DNA of 64,000 nt from Antedon mediterranea (lineage: Eukaryota; Animalia; Echinodermata), in contig NC_092680.1 of NCBI RefSeq assembly GCF_964355755.1, positions 13,773,045 to 13,837,044 of the forward strand, read 5' to 3'. Each line of letters begins with the position of its first letter. Position 1 is the stretch's first letter. The notes beneath the pieces are model-generated. The model made no database searches and was not told the DNA's origin. It saw nothing but the letters and a program-made list of their open reading frames with translations. Positions 62,880 to 64,000 of this stretch are shown here, piece after piece. A program made the translations under genes and the position numbers.

Positions 62880-64000
62880 GTACAATCATCAGTGTTTTAT
62901 CTTCAAATATTTTTTGGGGTAGGGGGTGACATTTATCCTAATAATCCAAGAATCCAACATCTAATTAGTATTATCTTAGTAACATTGTGTAGCATACATC
63001 TTTTAAAATCTGTTAAAATTTAAATAAAATTAATCGGAAGATTATTAAGGTCAGTAGAGGTCAAAAGGTCGTTGACCTTTTGCAAAATGCAAATTTTTTC
63101 CAAAATATAGATAAATTTCAATATCGTATATACAATTTTCAATATTTTTTATCTTAATTGGGTTTTACTTGTGTTTACTGACATATTGAATAAGAAAATA
63201 TATGTTAACAAGATAAAAATTGCATTTCAATAAATACAAGTTGTTATTTTTTATTGTTAAAAATTGCAATAAAAATACATTTTTTGGGGTAGGGGGTAAC
63301 AATAATAGCAATAACCCAAGAATCAAACATCTAATTAGTATGATCTTGGTGTCGTTGTGTAGCATTCATGTATTTTAATCATATAAAATTTGAATAAAAT
63401 TAATCGAACCATTTTTAAGGTCAGTAGAGGTCAAAAGGTCACTGACCTTTTGCAAAATTTTAAATATTTGCCATAATGAGATACATTTCAATATCAAATC
63501 TCCAATTTTCAATATTTTTTATTTTAATTGTGTTTTACTTGTGTTTACTGACATATTGAATAACAAAATATGTGTTAACATGAAAAAAATTGCACTGCAT
63601 TAATATCATTGTCATGTAATTTTATTATTCTTCAAAATTGCAATAAAAAGACGTTTTTGGGGTAGGGGGTAGCATTAATACCAATAACCCAAGAATCTAA
63701 CATCTAATTAGTACGATCTTGGTATCGATGTGTAGCATATATGTTTTTGTAATCATGTAGAATTTAAATGAAATTAATCGAACGATTACTAAGGTCAGTA
63801 GAGGTCAAAAGGTCACTGACCTTTTGCAAAAATGTAATTTTTTGGCAAAATGAGATATATTTCAAAATCAGATCTCCAATTCTCGATATTTTTTTATTTG
63901 AATTGTCTTTTACTTGTGCTTACCTACATATTGAATAAGAAAATGTCTGTTAAGATAAAAAATTGCAGTACATTGTATAAAAATTGTGATTTGTGATTTT
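62880..64000. repeat. Diverged tandem repeat of about 370 bp (at least 3 units, runs off the window end)
   Basis: The landmarks tttttggggtagggggt and aaggtcagtagaggtcaaaaggtc recur at about 63047, 63417 and 63791. Confidence 0.9.

Overview
AT-rich, intron-rich eukaryotic DNA, probably from a marine invertebrate deuterostome (inferred from the intron structure and a Deu-type SINE). Hand splicing gives three protein-coding genes. (1) A 5'-partial PARP6/PARP8-like mono-ADP-ribosyltransferase (+, 499-14930, 17 exons) with an extra UBA-domain exon. (2) A complete peroxisomal carnitine O-octanoyltransferase CROT (-, 33093-19778, 15 exons, ends in SKL). (3) A complete ANKLE1 (-, 52185-41117; ankyrin, LEM and GIY-YIG domains). 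The rest is repeats: dead CR1 and L2/Crack LINEs, a Deu-type SINE, two Helentron-like copies, and TTAA-, TA- and 5-bp-TSD MITEs, some nested three deep. There are four tandem arrays with 50, 68, 19 and about 370 bp units. Most ORFs in the supplied track are repeat artefacts. The most unusual element is a (TA)n-anchored 364-bp tandem unit in a PARP intron. It carries a perfectly paired tRNA cloverleaf with an ATC anticodon and a Pol III terminator, and its 3' end resembles nearby hammerhead-bearing Penelope-like fragments. All calls were made by eye, with no database searches.
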